Source: an uncultured Bacteroidales bacterium
GTDB taxonomy: Bacteria; Bacteroidota; Bacteroidia; Bacteroidales; JAUNSR01
Length of the DNA stretch: 64,000 bases
Reading direction: 5' to 3'
Assembly (NCBI GenBank): GCA_947074105.1
Contig: CAMTON010000001.1
Location: 138,058 to 202,057 of the forward strand
In this document: piece after piece, positions 62,962 through 64,000 of the stretch
How positions within the stretch are numbered: the first letter of the stretch is position 1
Layout of the letters: the number at the start of each line of letters is the position of its first letter
Position numbers and translations under genes: made by a program
The notes under the pieces: model-generated
The model's database searches: none
Seen by the model: only the letters and a program-made list of their open reading frames with translations
What the model was told of the DNA's origin: nothing

Positions 62962-64000
62962 TTATTTATCCCAGAAAATAAGTGAATTCTGCAGGATACG
63001 ACCTTCGTTAGTAATGTTAGGGTTTCTCGATACTTCAGAGAAAGGATACCACATTGCTCTTGGGAAACCGATGATAGATTTCAAAGGAATATTCACTTCT
63101 TCAGGAGTACCTGCTTTTTCGCTTGAATATGGAGAAACTGCATTTCTAAGACCTGTCTTAGGAACTACAGGATAACCTGTTCTTCTCATATCTGTGTAAG
63201 CTTCTACAGCGTTAAAGAAGTTTGCGATCCATTTCTGAGTCATTACGATATTAAGTTTTCCTTCTGCATCAGCAGCATCGTATTTTTTAAGAACTCGCGA
63301 AACGAAATCATCCGTTTCAGAAGCGCTGATTGAAGGAACATCAATCCCACCCTTAGCTGCCTGAGATACAGAGTTTACATGATAAATAGCTCTTCTGATA
63401 CCATCTTCAAGTTCTGCTTTTGCATCACCAGAAATGCCTTCAGTAAGGATAAGTTCTGCTTTAAGGAAAGGAACAGAGTAAGCCTGAAGCATTTTGTCAG
63501 GAGCTGTACCTGTACCTGAGCTTGCTCCACATCTTCCACCTGAACCGTTATCGAATTTACCACCACATGGATAGATTCCGATAAATGTAGAAGTTTCTCT
63601 CTGTGCATTCGAGCTGTAGCTTGAACCTGAAGCGAAGAAGATAGAAACGAATGCTTCGTGACGATAATCTGTTTCATTCTGAGCTTCCGCAGTTGCTGAA
63701 GAAAGCTGATTTACCCAGTAGTAAGGAACACGAGGGTCTTCAATATTTTCGAAAGGATTTTCTGTTACGTTATAAGTAAGACCTTTCATTGTCTCATAGA
63801 TCCACGGGCTGATATAGTAAGTTGACTGTCCGCCAAGGTATTCATCAACGAAAGCGGCGTTTCTTTCATCCGGATTATCCTGTGTTGAGTGTTTCAACTG
63901 CCAGTCTTCATCGTTTCCGATAAAGTTATTCTCGTTAAGAAGCTGAGTCAACTTAGAGTTCCACTCTGTAATATCCGCTTTTGCATTACGGGAGTTTACA
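62962..64000 (-). CDS. SusD/RagB-family nutrient-binding lipoprotein, C-terminal part (5' end beyond the window)
   Basis: QKWIANFFNAVEAYTDMRRTGYPV is a typical SusD-like C-terminal block. The frame stays open through 64000 (..VNSRNAKADITEWNSKLTQLL), so the TTG at 63951 is not the real start. Confidence 0.8.
   Translation of the reverse strand, partial: VNSRNAKADITEWNSKLTQLLNENNFIGNDEDWQLKHSTQDNPDERNAAFVDEYLGGQSTYYISPWIYETMKGLTYNVTENPFENIEDPRVPYYWVNQLSSATAEAQNETDYRHEAFVSIFFASGSSYSSNAQRETSTFIGIYPCGGKFDNGSGGRCGASSGTGTAPDKMLQAYSVPFLKAELILTEGISGDAKAELEDGIRRAIYHVNSVSQAAKGGIDVPSISASETDDFVSRVLKKYDAADAEGKLNIVMTQKWIANFFNAVEAYTDMRRTGYPVVPKTGLRNAVSPYSSEKAGTPEEVNIPLKSIIGFPRAMWYPFSEVSRNPNITNEGRILQNSLIFWDK

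Noticed and set aside
1-64000. CRISPR arrays, rRNA genes, transposases, integrases, prophage or defence-system genes
   Set aside because: I looked for regularly spaced direct repeats, rRNA-like conserved blocks and recombinase, nuclease or toxin motifs on both strands and found none. The only tandem repeats are the small ones reported at 7592-7693 and 29311-29417.

Overview
AT-rich segment (roughly mid-30s % GC by eye) that looks like a Bacteroidota chromosome, most likely Bacteroidales. Supporting signs are TAnnTTTG-type -7 promoter boxes ahead of many genes, SusD-like and TonB-dependent receptor genes, and T9SS markers (a PorE-like four-domain lipoprotein and an S8 protease with a C-terminal sorting domain). 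A lipidated Omp85 (TamL type) and DUF4374/PepSY xenosiderophore-type genes point the same way. I call 55 protein-coding genes (two cut by the window edges, 43 on the minus strand) and 2 tRNAs (Met-CAT, Arg-TCT). I found no rRNA, no CRISPR array and no transposase, integrase or phage gene. Left to right: (1) a tight isoprenoid/carotenoid-type operon (phytoene/squalene synthase, idi, a secreted protein of unknown function, CrtI-like desaturase); (2) a T9SS-sorted S8 protease; (3) a Xus-like iron locus (TonB receptor, two paralogous DUF4374-like lipoproteins, convergent PepSY-TM gene); (4) tRNA-Met, the PorE-like gene, small housekeeping genes, an Upf1-like helicase, tRNA-Arg and TamL; (5) a housekeeping run (lspA, dksA-like, pgk, pyrF, prfA, queC, mscS, recQ, clpX, clpP, tig); (6) two AraC-associated redox/electrophile-detox clusters; (7) an eight-gene envelope operon of unknown function (TonB receptor, two outer-membrane/surface proteins, a small Cys/His lipoprotein, a short PepSY-TM protein, ABC ATPase, permease, anchored protein); (8) the 3' end of a SusD-type locus. 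The points most worth follow-up are the eight-gene operon, an ACCTAA/TTAGGT operator-like motif shared by the promoters of both TonB/PepSY loci (one copy has Fur-family 7-1-7 geometry), and a candidate about 300-nt structured RNA with its own terminator at 44.9-45.2 kb. Others are a second GC-rich structured island beside tRNA-Arg, a tRNA-Met with swapped T-loop positions 54/58, three GCGTGCT boxes phased at exactly 47 nt upstream of pyrF, and a hemerythrin plus atypical LuxR-receiver pair. All family names are assigned by eye from motifs and remembered architectures; no database search was possible.
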